The notes beneath the pieces are model-generated. The model was not told where the DNA came from. It ran no database searches and saw only the letters and a program-made list of their open reading frames with translations. This document shows positions 1 through 28,600 of a DNA stretch of 64,000 bases, piece by piece. This stretch comes from Phoronis australis. Lineage: Eukaryota; Animalia; Phoronida. The position numbers and the translations under genes were made by a program. Location: assembly GCA_002633005.1 (NCBI GenBank), contig NMRA01000257.1:469296-533295 (forward strand). Direction: 5' to 3'. The stretch's first letter is position 1, and every line of letters starts with the position of its first letter.

Positions 1-3000
1 TACCTTTTCTTTACAATTTTTCCACTTATTTCGTGACATCAGAACATTTACCACCGACAACAGTTAGCACATATCAAGCATGTGTTCAAATCACAACAGG
101 GAGTAAACAGGTGGAAGTCAGAATAGTTTGGCAAAAATCAGGTAAGGTCAAACCAGAAAGCACGCGCCTTCAGTATTCCCGACCATCTGCGTTCTCCATT
201 GGTGACAGTCGTGAATAACTTATGAACTCTAGTAAACATTGTGGTAGGTCGATTTGGGGACTCCTTTTGCATGACGGAATAACGTCTGTGTTGGATCTTT
301 GGATTGGACGATGTAAACAAACTGGAGTGCCTAGTGCATGGTGTATATTTACAGGAGAAATGAAATAGGTATGCGTAACGCTTAATATTGGTAACAGCGA
401 CAATTTCTAAATTTTTTTGTTGGACAATTCCCAACCTCATTGTTCATTTGCCGACATGGGATTTTTGCTAAGTTGCATATGGCGAGTTGGCATTAAGCTA
501 AACGTCGAGTACTGACGTATAACAAAAATGTCCATAGCGCATAGCGTGGAAAAATTGAAAAAATATATACCGGTATGATTCATGACAACATCAGGCAAAT
601 GACCGTCGACCTCACTGGTCACCACAAATGTGTGAAATTTTAGAATTCAGGCATGATATCCAAAAATATGTGGTTGTAGTTACCCAAAGAAATCACACCT
701 TTAACGACTAGGTTATCAGGTTTTCAGAGCAGACTTGGCTATTTCGAAATGCGAGTTTTGTGTTTGTAAAATACTAAAAATAACACAAGCTACTTAAAAT
801 CCCGAAGAAAAAACTAGATATTTTAAGCATTTTATTTTCACAGGTTTCTTATCCCACACAGTCCCTTGCTAGAGGAAAAAAACATGGTTATGGTGCCCTA
901 GTTTGTCTGGTAACAGGTCAGCAGACAGACACACGATAGGATATTGGTAAGATCAGGAAATGATCAGTGCCCACACAAGTGCCTCTGGAAACCAGCATAT
1001 ATTTGAAGTCATGTGACAGTTGGTGACCACAAGCATACCAGGGGATGTAGGCCTAATCGTGGCAGAAAGAACTGCATTCAACAAGTTATGTCAATGGCTT
1101 TGATGTGCTCCAAACATTAAACCCTTTCATAAAATTACTTCAGTATATAATCTAGGATTGAAAAACAACTGAGACACACCGATGAGATATGTGACTGAAT
1201 ATTTATTGGTCACTGACACGTTGTAAGAAAGAAGTTATGTCCAAATAATTACAGAAATCATGACTATAGCTGGCTATCAGGTTTTCATGTACCACGCAAC
1301 TAAATGGACAACCCGACTCAAATTTAGACATCCTGCCTTGAACACCTTGTTCAACAATTGGATACATACAAGTAAAGGAAGCAAGTTAGCATTGGTGCCT
1401 TTGATCTTTCTAACAGGAGCTCTGGTGTTCTTTGCTTATGTAGGAAAAATGTTAGTTCAGATAAAATTAACTTTATTGCAAACTTGTGTCATCGCAGAAA
1501 AATTCTGAAATTTTGACTTGGGATTGTAAAAATGCAGTTACATGACAATGGTCATAGACACTTCGAGAAACAGGGAAAGTCATTTTGAACACCCTATTTT
1601 GAAATCCTGGATGAACCCTATTTGGTCGGATAGTCCATAATTCCTAAATTCAGTAAACATGAGGGACATTCCAGGAAGGTGGATTGTAATCAAGCTTTCT
1701 GTCCATTTCTATGGAGTGCTCAAGCCATCAGGCCTATTGACACATATGTCAAGATGATGGAAGCATAACAGCCTCACATACTGACAATCATTCAGCAAGC
1801 TGACATCAAGCAAGCAAACATCAACACGGGGTCACCCAGGTGAAATTAAGACTAGGAAAATATTAAAAAATGCTGTTTAGGTCATATACTCACTGAACAA
1901 GAATTCACTTTAAACCAATGTCATGAAGTGAATTCATGTCCTTGTTGGGAAAATTTGACTGTTATGATAGATTTTGTAAAACTGTAAGAGAAGGTTATGT
2001 GAGGGGATGCTTGCCTATTGACTCAGACAACACCTACACAGCAACACCATAAACGTAGGGAGAAACTATGAGCCTCAGACATGTGGTATTCTGGCATATT
2101 CAACTGTTTCCTTGTTATTTGACACCTTCTAATGAACACAACATAGGCAAGCTAGCACTGCACAGAGCAATGTATAGTGTACAGCTAGCAGTAAAATGTC
2201 CGATCACAAACCAACTTAAGGTAGACAAGAAAACGAAATGTATCTTCACTCATGTTTAAAACAACCCAAGGATCTTTACCAGAATCACTTTTAGCTTGAT
2301 TGATGTCAATAAAGTGACAGTTAAAGCCCTAGTCTTGGTCTTCTCCACAAGGAGTGAGTTGGGTTTCACTGGCTTCAAACTTTTGTCACTCAAAAGTGTT
2401 GGGGAGTTTACTACCAGTTCTCAAGCAGTGCAATCCATACATTCTTTTTATGCCTTACGCCTTGACCTAGATAGCTTTTAGTCACTTTTGGGGCTTCAAG
2501 GACTCACCAAAAAAGTGACCCGTATTTGTCACGAATGACCTACATTTGTCACAATTGACAGCATGAAAATTACAGAAAATATCTTTGCATTCATCAACAT
2601 TAATCCAGCAATGATTGGCAGTTGCATGTATTTGGGCAAGTTGAAAATATTAAAGATGTCCTTCTATGCTTGGAAGGTAATTACAGCTTAAAACGGTAAC
2701 ACTGTCACCACTGTCTAGCTATGGCTTAGACAGGTCCCCTATCTGAGGTGCCATGTCTCAATGCGGCTGGCAGATGGGTGACCTCTCCATAACCCTCTAC
2801 ACGTTTCCCATTGACTGTAAAACATGACAATAATGGAGTTCAGTCATCTAATTTCCTCAGCGGAATGAAGGACTACTCGGGAAAAAATTTTCAGTGCTAG
2901 AGTAATTGTTTGAGCTGGAAGTGGAAGAAATTCAACTGCATTCAAAGGTTTCCATCTACACTCGAAAGGCACAGGCACCTTTATCAGCTGCTTGACGTGA

Positions 3001-3832
3001 CTGCAAAAGTGAAGTTAATGGGTTCCTCTTCAAAATGGCTGCCAGTTTTCACTCAATAATGGGTTTCTGACATTTTTCCTACTCAGGCAACCACGGTGCC
3101 ACTTCATCACCTAAAACTTTACAAAAATATACTTGGATTAATTGGTGTACGGCAACAACAGTTGCACGGGTGCCTCAGTCAATGACGAAAGTTGATTTTA
3201 GTCGAGTGAAATGTTCATACTCATCCCCTAATACGTGACCTTACATATATTTTTAACAGTTATGCTCACTGTGAGTTTACGGGGAGTAGAAAGATTGACC
3301 AGTTATTTTCAAAGTGCTAAGTTATTTAAAAAGATACATAAAATCTAGCCTAATTGTTATTTTTGATTTTAATTTCCGTACTTCAATATGGCTACTGAGG
3401 AGGCAAGTTTTCGCTGACTATAGCTAGCAGGATGGTTAAATACTTCATATCAGTAATACAGGTATTGAAGCTTGACTTGACGTTCATTCAGTGAGAATGG
3501 AAGTGATGAGGCAACGATCAACTTCCCTCAATGGCACCCAATATCCTACATGAAGGCTCACCTTCAGAAGCAGGCTAACGTGACCAACCCTTCTAATTTT
3601 TCTGAACAATTCAAACTTCTGTCTCTTGACTGCGCTGGTACAGCATAGCCACGAAGGGGTGACCTGGGATTTTTAGTAAACAAAATCTGAGGTAGCAAAA
3701 GCTTCCTGCATGTCACCAAATCAAGCCCCCCTGTAATTAAACCATCTAAATTGTATTTTTAGTCAGTGGAAACTCACCGTGTCGGTGGCTAATTTAGATC
3801 GGTACAATGAATATGTATACGTCATACACAGG

Positions 3833-5811
3833 TCATGTTTAATAGTTTTACGCAACTGACATTGATGAAGGTTTTATGAGAGCCGATAAAGGTTGCTATG
3901 CAAGTTTTGCCAATGTTAAGTGTAATTTGCTATTCCAGTATACAGGATAGATTTTCGAATGTCAGTAAAAGTGGCTCAAACGCATCCCTCTTCAAAATGG
4001 CTGCCGAGAACCAGTTTTCACTGAAAAATGGCAATGTCCGTTACGGAATGAAATTGGTTTCCAGTAGCCATTTTGAAGAGAGATGCACTTAAGCCACTTT
4101 TACCACGGCCTCCTGCCTGGTAAGGATTACCTCGGCCTCATCAGGCCGGGCCAATACTGCATGAGCTTCTTGACCTAATTTTAGAGTAGGCTTGGAATTA
4201 GTCCGTTGTGATACCCACTATTAGTAAACTGGGGAACACAAATAATCACAAGTTCTTAAAAGGGTACAGAAAATTCGCGTGTCCATATCTGGATACCATC
4301 ACAAGGCACAAAGACGAGACAAATTTGAGAAACAGAACATGATTTTCATTCAACAGACGATAAGAAATTCAATGAAAACTACAGCAATTTAGTTAATGAA
4401 ATTAACACCAAATTAAAAGGCGTTGTGAATTCGATTGTCTTGTCTCCTCTCATAACAAAGTAACTGAGAACACAACGAAATATCCTACAATGAATACCTC
4501 TGGACTTTCAATTTGTTGCGATGCCATGTTGTGTGAAATCCAATATGGAGAAGGTCACGTGTTACCGGCAACTTCAAATCGAGACCGACTGACCCTTTTC
4601 TCCCGGGGTTACTCCAAAGCACGCGCGCTCGAGACGTGCTACGCGCTTACAGGCACTAAGGCTGGTAAACATTATTGGGAGGAATACCGTTTTATCCGAC
4701 TTCGCCAAATTTTGCCCCTTCCCCACGAAGTCCAAAATTTTGGATTTCTCGTTATCACCATAATTTCCGCACCACCTGGTCGCTTATAGTAATTCGCACC
4801 CCTAACACCGCACTATATAAAGGCGGGNCATGTCATGTTTAACAGTGTTACGCAACTGACATTGCTGAAGGTTTTATGAGAGCCGACAAAGGTTGCTATG
4901 CAAGTTTTGCCAATGTTAAGTGTAATTTGTTATTCCAGTATACAGGACAGATTTTCGAATGTCAGTAAAAGTGGCTCAAACGCATCCCTCTTCAAAATGG
5001 CTGCCGAGAACCAGTTTTCACTGCAAAAATGGCAGTGTCCGTTACGGAATGAAATTGGTTCCCAGTAGCCATTTTGAAGAGAGGTGCATTTAAGCCACTT
5101 TTACCACCGCCTCCTGCCTGGTAAGGATTACCTCGGCCTCATTCGGGCCAATACTGCATGAGCTTCTTGACCTAATTTTAGAGTTGGCTTGGAAATAGTC
5201 CGTTGTGTTACCCACTATTAGTAAACTGGGGAACACAAATAATCACAAGTTCTTAAAAGGGTACAGAAAATTCGCGTGCCCATAACTGGATACCATCACA
5301 AGGCACAAAGACGAGACCAATTTAAGAAACAGAACATGATTTTCATTCAACAGACGATAAGAAATTCAAGGAAAACTATAGCAATTTAGTTTACGAAATT
5401 AACACCAAATTAAAAGGCGTTGTGAATTCGATTGTCTTGTGTCCTCTCATAACAAAGTAACTGAGAACACAACGAAATATCCTACAATGAATACCTCTGG
5501 ACTTTCAATTTGTTGCGATGCCATGTTGTGTGAAATCCAATATGGAGAAGGTCACGTGTTACCGGCAACTTCAAATCGAGACCGACTGACCCTTTTCTCC
5601 CGGGGTTACTCCAAAGTACGCGCGTTCGGGACGTGCCACGCGCTTACAGGCACTAAGGCTGGTAAACATTATTGGGAGGAATACCGTTTTATCCAACTTC
5701 ACCAAATTTTGCCCCTTCCCCACGTAGTCCAAAATTTTAGATTTCTCCTTATCACCATAATTTCCGCACCACCTCAGTGGTCGCCAAATTCGCACCCCTC
5801 ACACCGCACTA
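3833..5811. repeat. ~1-kb near-identical direct duplication around N at 4828 (probable haplotype artefact)
   Basis: About 3833-4815 vs 4832-5811 differ only by scattered SNPs and small indels; the junction is a single N. Confidence 0.85.
3965..4103. mobile_element. ~140-bp fold-back MITE-like element
   Basis: gtaaaagtggct..ctcttcaaaatggct pairs with agccattttgaagag..agccacttttac. Copy at about 4964-5104; related half at about 3005-3060. Confidence 0.55.
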
Positions 5812-8800
5812 GGCGTGTGATTTATTATTTGGGAAGAAAATCTTGAGTACATGCAAGCATCAGAAACACGAGTACCAAGTTTTGACCATAGGGGGATAAA
5901 GATCGCTTTTTAAACGTGAACACGTTACGCGCCTTATGTATACTTGTTTCCCGGACTTTTATTTAGGAATTTGCCAGAATAAAATCACAGTTCTAGGGGG
6001 GTTGAATTTCCTCAGTAGGCCTAGGCCTAGGCCTCAGTAGCATCCAGCGAAAGGATACCAGGAGATATAGTTTCACTTTGGAATGACTAAGAGGGCGGAA
6101 CCGATCTCTCGGAAACTTCTGAGAGTAAAAATGAGGCCTTAGGTAGGCCTAACATTCGTTTCATTGACTTTGGTCTAGTTGAAGAAGTTCATTTTATTGA
6201 TGCTTTCAAGGCAGGGTGTTCGATCCGGGGTTCCCTGTACATTTCAAAATCCCTTGTTGAAACAAAGGTAGTACTGGTAGCAAGTGTTTATTCAACTGGA
6301 TAAAATCGCATTGGGTGAATATACATACCTATAGTAAACGCGGAGCCCTAGCCATAGATTCGGCCTGTGTTTCAGGCACGGGAACTGAGCCGCTGTACAG
6401 CCCTAGGACGACAAATGATTCAGAACTGACCGAACGTCATCAACCTGCGCCAAAACTCACTAAAATACCGATTTGGTAGAGAGCTATTTCAGGCTGTCAA
6501 AAATCAGCTCCAATGCACCTGCTTCAGCGCGGAATGATAGTGACTACCCTTAGCCTGACTCTAAAGTTCACTGAACCATTATCAATATATTTTAAATGTC
6601 AAAAATCGTCTCAGTCACGGTACATGCTAAACATGAAAATAAATCAGAAACCAATGAAAACTTGACATTTTGAGCTCGTCACTGCTGGCAACACAATAAC
6701 TAATGAACTAAACGCCCATACAGCCCGCCCCTTTGAGTTCACCGTTGCTTAACGTGCAAGACTTTTTCCGAAATCACCGAATGGAAAGTTCTTTCGAAAA
6801 TAATTGACACTGAGGCAACTGGGGAGCATGGGAGATGGACAGGGTATCCCACGAGAGTTTCGAGGCCCTCACGGAATACATTTTCAGAATTTAATCGTGT
6901 TTGACGTGAATTCTGGTTCATTCCAGTCGTAGTGTGACGGTTTATTAGTTAACTTTCACACGTCGGGAATCGCAGAAATATATGCTTACAATAGGCCTAG
7001 TAAAGTACATTGGACATCTTAATTCGTTTTAGACATGAACACTGTACAAGCTCATCAAAAAAAAACATTCCCTTATCTACACGCCCGAGTTTTTTACGAA
7101 GCATTCCCTCTTCATCAACAATGTTTTCCCGGCAACGAGCTTCAAAAATGATATTCTTGAAATTGCTTGGAAAAAAGTGTAGATATTGTGATCGTTATAA
7201 AACCACTGGGAGTGTTACTGTACTTCATAAACAGAAGTATTCAATTGTTTAAACTCCTTCTTTTCGATGGCGGTCAATGCTTTGTCAATACAGTCCGCTC
7301 ACATGTTTGTGTCGCATGTCTCGATGCTGTTCTACTGTACATTAACTTATGCGGTTTTCTCGACCACTGAATTAGAATTCTTATCTTTTCCCCTCGTGAA
7401 AAGTTGACATTGTCGGATTTAGAGGGGCAAAAACGGCAATTACCTCGGGCCACTTCATCAGGAAAGGATCCCGCACAGTTTCTAAAAATTTTGAGCATGG
7501 CTCCTTTGAAAAACAAAACGTGCTCTTATGCCTTGGAAAATGGTCGAGAAAATATGTGCATAGATTTTCAAGAGTAAACTGATTCAGACTTTTAAATCCA
7601 AGAACACAAAGCTGTATTTCTCTAGGGACCCTTCTCTGGAAAGAAATGTGTAGCCACATATCGCTCTTTTTCCGTATTTCGAAATTCTATATCAGTTGAT
7701 ATAAACGCCAACTCCGCTTTGGCGTGGGGAGGACTGAAGGGGGGATGACATCCATCGCTACTTGTTGACTATTTTTCTTATTTGTACCCTTTTCCCATCG
7801 GACCACTCACAGAGGGGCTGCAATGATGAAATCAATTGTCTCTCTCTCTCTCTTTCCCTGTTTGTGAAATTGTAAACATTTTGTGTTAGGACGGTGACTC
7901 GGTAATGGGGAAGGGAGATGACACGATGATGGATTGGTACGGTATCAAAAACTTTAAACGTGATACTGTATCAAAAAAGAAAACAATAATATTGAACAGG
8001 ATTGAGTTCAAGCATAGAAGCACGCGATGATCACTCTGAATTTCACAAAGGCAATATTCCCCCGATTTCAAAGCAATAAAATTATCGTAGTTGAATATAA
8101 AGTATTAAAAGGCTCGCTGTATCGATCAGACTGTCACGAGCATGATTTTTGATGACCGAGTCCAATGGATGTTCAACCAATTTGAATAAATCTTGGAGGC
8201 AAGAACTAGATGTCAGAAATCCACACCAGACACAAATGCCATACAGACTGGGTTGCACATGCTCGGTTAGTTAGTAACAACAAAATCCTTCAGATGTCGC
8301 TCACTCACCCTTGCGACACTTCCGTGGCGCGAGTACAAAAACAGAGAAAAGGTAGGGCAAAAGAGAGTCCTTATGAAGGACATCAACGGGGTAAAACAAT
8401 TATTGTGATGAGGTGTCCTTGTGGAGAGGGGCCAGCCTTGGTTGTTTCGCAAACATGAAGTTATTGAAGATGTGACCTGTCGCGAATCGGTTACTCCCAC
8501 TGGCACTAAGTTACACTTTCCTTCTTCCGTACTTGTGTCTAGTCAGCTAATGTTGATTAGGGAATGTTGAAGTTAGGCCTACTAGTACTATTTATTGAAT
8601 TCCAGTCTGTATTCAGTGTATTGTAGGGAATTTTCACATGACATACTTACGTATCACAAGAAGCCAACAATGTGTTATTTCTTAATGACTGGTTGTAGCA
8701 CTACATCCTCAGCACTAGACAGCTGAGCCCCGGCGAGGATATCTCTCGTCTCAAATTACATTCATCACCTATCTATTGGCGGATTGGGTAGGCTTACGTG

Positions 8801-9696
8801 GTCTTCTTGTTCATTCTCAATGTTCGAATCGTCCTTTAACAAATTTATTTCATTCACATACCACGGATATTCATCCAAAATGTTGTTTCACTATCTGATT
8901 CATCCCATGATCAGCTTGTGAAGCACAATCAGCCAAGATAATCATTGGGAAAGGGGGGAGATGAGCCTAATTTATTTCGGTATGTTAGGTAAATGCTTAC
9001 TGCATCCAGGGCAGAATTCAGTAGCTGTCCCGTGCTATAAAAATCTTGCTAAAATCACTTGCTCTCATTTAAAACAAACGGCATTGTCTCACATAATCCC
9101 GCGTTACTTAAATTTACCCAGATTGGTGAAATAATGAGATTTAACTATTTAGTTATGAACATTTGAGCCATTGATTTCATAATTTCTAAGTTGGGGTATA
9201 GTCCCATTATAATTGTGGCTCCCAGTGACCAGTGAAGGCAGCCTGTCCCATACCTTCCCCCAAACACTTTTTGATCAATTGTTAGAGTCACAGATTTTTG
9301 TCCTTTAATTTTAAGAATTGGATAACTCATTCTTCATTTCTTTGATCTGTAATTTGGAGGTGATAGTTGTGAATCATGAAGTCAGTCCATGGTCGTGAAC
9401 GGATTTGGGATTGTGAGGAGGTAGAATTTTATGCCTTCTTTTATCAAAACTATTTTTCCAGATATCGCAGAGGTACAACAAAACCTCATTTGGCCCACAG
9501 CCTGATTGTTCAAAGTGGGTGGTTTGACGTTGTTTGAGTTGTCATTGAGCTGTCAATGTCCAGGGTTGCACTTGGACTTGGTAGTCAGATTTGATGGGCA
9601 TGACCAAAAATGACCAATGTCGTCCCTGTTTATGATGTTATTTTTGCTGTGTAGGAACTGCTCACCGTTGATTAAATTTGCAGCAAGCAAGTCATA

Positions 9697-24845
<15,149 letters not shown>

Positions 24846-25051
24846 CGCCATTATTACCATGGTTATTGACTTGGTTGAACTACAAATACCTCTTACCACA
24901 TTTATTGTTGAGTATTGAACAAAATGCTGTTTGCTATCATGAAATTAACCTTTTACGTTTACCAGTGACTTGTTATATTAATTTAAAAGAGAAAATATAA
25001 ACTCACGTTTGCTTATTTAGCACGGAGCTTCATCTTATCTCCTTTAGTTGA

Positions 25052-25335
25052 CTTCACTGGTAGACGTAGTCAGCACGTGACACTTAGACCGACTTCTCAG
25101 GTAGAAGTAGTCACCAAGTGACACTTAGACAGACTTCTCAGGTAGACGTAGTCACCACGTGACACTTAGACAGACTTCTCAGGTAGAAGTAGTCACCAAG
25201 TGACACTTAGACAGACTTCTCAGGTAGTCGTAGTCACCACGTGACACTTAGACAGACTTCTCTGCTAGAGGTAGTCACCACGTGACACTTAGACAGACTT
25301 CTCTGCTAGAGGTAGTCATCACGTGACACTTAGAC
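25052..25335. repeat. 41-bp minisatellite, about 7 copies
   Basis: Unit acgtagtcaccacgtgacacttagacagacttctcaggtag; cacttagac recurs at 25081, 25122, 25163 and onward. Confidence 0.95.
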
Positions 25336-25639
25336 ATGTTTCACTACACAGACACTCCTCTACTCACACCTCTGTTCCATTTATTGCTACAATACACAGC
25401 ACTCAGTCATCCACAAATCACAGTCACCATAGGTATAGCTGTACTTGGCTGTTCGGGGGGGTTGTATGTCGCAGTTAGATACATGTTCACCATACAAACA
25501 CCAAGCTCACCAGACATTCACTGCACTGGAGTTGCCGAAGTAAGTGAAGATACAAGGAAAATTCAAGAAAGGATTGACAAAGTACACAATAAGAACTGAA
25601 ATAACCAGAACATCTGCAGGAAGCCTCGCAAGTGAGTCT

Positions 25640-28600
25640 TCACAAGCCCGAATTCCCTTGACCCTCACTCGCTGAAACATTTCGGAATCGCAAATTCTTG
25701 GTATCCATCAGGACAGTCCAATCCAATCCTATTGTGCAATTATATAGTCTTTGTAATTAACTAGGGAGAGCACAGCGTAAAATGTAAACGACATTTGAGA
25801 TAAAGTACTTGGAATATTGGTCTTCTCTTTAATCGTAATTGGCGGGTCAATGGCTCACTTATTTATTCATAGACACGTGTACGCCAAATTTATTTGGTCA
25901 GTCTTAGGCATCTCTATAGGTGTAATATTAATTCAGCAATCAAATAGATTTTGTTGTACAAACTCCAATGCTTTGCTTCTTTGTTAACCTTGTAGGTCAG
26001 TTTATAATCTAGTTGTTTTGTCTTGAGTTTTCGCTTCAACAGGGTTCAACACACTTCTTATTTGTAATTGAATTTTTAAAAAAATTCACGTTTTGTATTT
26101 TGGTCTTTGCCTTCTGCGAAAAATGTGGTCCACCGAATTAGCTTTTCGGTTACAGCCCTCTTAACAAAGTCGCCTCTCGCAGAATGTGAAATTTACATGA
26201 CTAACTGAAAGGTCACCTCTAATTGAATTAAAGATCGAAATCGATTTGAAAACGTTAATTTCGGTGTTAGACATCAGTTTTATGTTGCCGATTTGAATTA
26301 CATTTCCTGGTTCACCTCTCGATTTGAAAACGTGTTAATTTCGGTGTTAGGCATCAGTTTTATGTTGCCGATTTGAATTACATTTCCTGGTTCACCTCTC
26401 GATTTGAAAACGTGCTAATTTCGGTGTTAGACATCAGTTTTATGTTGCCGATTTGAATTACATTTCCTGGTTCACCTCTCGATTTGAAAACGTGCTAATT
26501 TCGGTGTTAGACATCAGTTTTATGTTGCCCACTTGAATTACATTTCCTGGTTCACTACTCTAGTTTTCTTACGTCAGCGTTTTTATGACTTTCGGTGTTT
26601 TGGCTAATTTCGGAGTTTTTCTTCAGTAAATTCAAAATTGGATTTGAATTCAGTAACACCTCTCTAATATCCTTTTCTCATAGAATTAGACTTGTGAGAT
26701 GCTACATACATTTTGTACTGCTTTACGGATCTGAGACATGGACAATGAATAAAAATCTGGAGAATAAAATAGAGGCCTTTGAAATGTGGACATTCAGACG
26801 GATGGCAAGAATCAGCTGGACAGAAAGAATGACCAACAAAGATGTTTGTAACTTGCTCAAAATTAAACCATCACTCCTAAATACAATCCAAACAAGAAAA
26901 CTGAAATACTTTGGTCACATTGAGAGGCATGACATCATCTGCAAGAACATAATGGAAGGAAAAACACAAGGGGTGATAGCAAGAGGTAAACAACGCAGAA
27001 AGTGGCTGGACGACATCAAGGACTGGACGAATCTATCACTGCAAGAATGTACCAGAAAGACAAAGAGCAGAGCAGAATGGCGGGTCAATTCAAGTCGACC
27101 TCTAAGGAGATGACACGGGAGAGAGAATATCTATGACTTGGGTTTTCTTATATTTTATCCACTCAGACCACGTGACCAATACAGCTTCAGCAGGTGTCGT
27201 CAGGCTTACTAGAAGTTCAGTCGACAAAATACTACTCAAAACATGGCGCTGCGCTTAATCTACTTTTCTAAAAGTTTTCGTAGACCTCATGTTTACTTTC
27301 TTTTCGTAGTTCAACTGTTTTCACCTGTTTTAAACTGTTCGTGTAAATGTTTATGGGTCTATAAAGAGTTATTAATATGGAGCGCTACACCGGCAGGGCC
27401 ATAAATGGTCACTGTGGAGGGCAGTATGCTATGCACAGCAGGCTGTGCGATGTAACTCCGTGACTTCATAGTTTTAGATTTTTAAAGATGTTTCACGTAC
27501 CCTGGAACTTTCTAATTTCGCAAATAGTTGATGAAATACAATTTTCTGACTGACATACCTGGACAACTCTCTTCTTCTTGTGGTGCTCCTAGACAAAATC
27601 TGCCTGGCTGCGGCTCTGGGTTGTTACAAGAGCGTTCTCTAACTATACTTTGCTGACCCGGCGACGTGCAATTTCCCCAAGATCCCCATTGGCTATACCC
27701 TCCATACAAAGCTTTTTTACGAAGATTTATTACTCCAATCCATGGTTCTGAAATGGAAACTTGTGCACATTCCCTTTCATCAAACTGTGATTTAATTGAC
27801 CTCGGGATAGTGAAAGCTTACTGTTAGTCGGGTTTTCAGCTCTCAGCTGCATCCAGGGCCTTATCTCTCTATTGGCGAAGTCGCCCAAAACTGAATTTTT
27901 TTGTTGTTTTTAGTCCTTCTACAGTACCTTGAGTGAGTCACACAACACGAATTTGTGTGGAAAATAACACGAGTTCGATCTGCTCAGTGATGCAGCAAAG
28001 AGCGGCCTTTTATCAACGTTCGACTAATTGGAACGTTCATTATCTTCCGACTACAAGAAATGTGTCTTCATTCTTTTAACCAAGTAGAGGCCAGCTTCAC
28101 CATCCTTTGACAGTGTTACTGCTCCTATCAGTACCGGGAAAGAGTGAAGCGACTCCTGCGCGACACTTTTCTTAATTTTTGTAAAGTTGTTTATGAGAGA
28201 AATGTGTGCAAAAGTACTCCAAACTAAAATGTCTTACTGTACAAGTATCCATAAACCTCCATTCTCAGAGACTTCCAGTCTTTGTACTTGACTGGTACCA
28301 CTCTCACATGTTTAGCTCTCACCGGCATTGTCAGTTCTTGGTAAACACTTGTGTCCGTGTCTGAATTGCCTGCAAACTGGTTCATACACTCAAGTCATTT
28401 TTAGGTTACTCAACGGTTTTCCAAAAAAATTGGAAATTACGGAGAATTACACTTTAGTCAGAGTATATAATGGCAATGCTAGAAACCGAAATTTATCAAT
28501 TTTTTGACATCAAAATGACAGCGATGACTGGAATTAATAGTTGAAAAATGAATAATGTTCTATGTGACGTTAGAAAGTTTACTTTGCTTTACTTGTTTGA

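Noticed and set aside
4490-5846. Twin ORFs MNTSGLSICCDAMLCEIQ... as a tandem gene pair
   Set aside because: They lie in the N-flanked duplication, show no recognisable domain and end differently.
7010-7659. Overlapping short ORFs as a coding gene
   Set aside because: No recognisable protein family or consistent splice structure.
25052-25335. 41-bp array (and the 80-bp array at 26242-26560) as CRISPR
   Set aside because: Head-to-tail repeats with no unique spacers, no cas genes, eukaryotic context.
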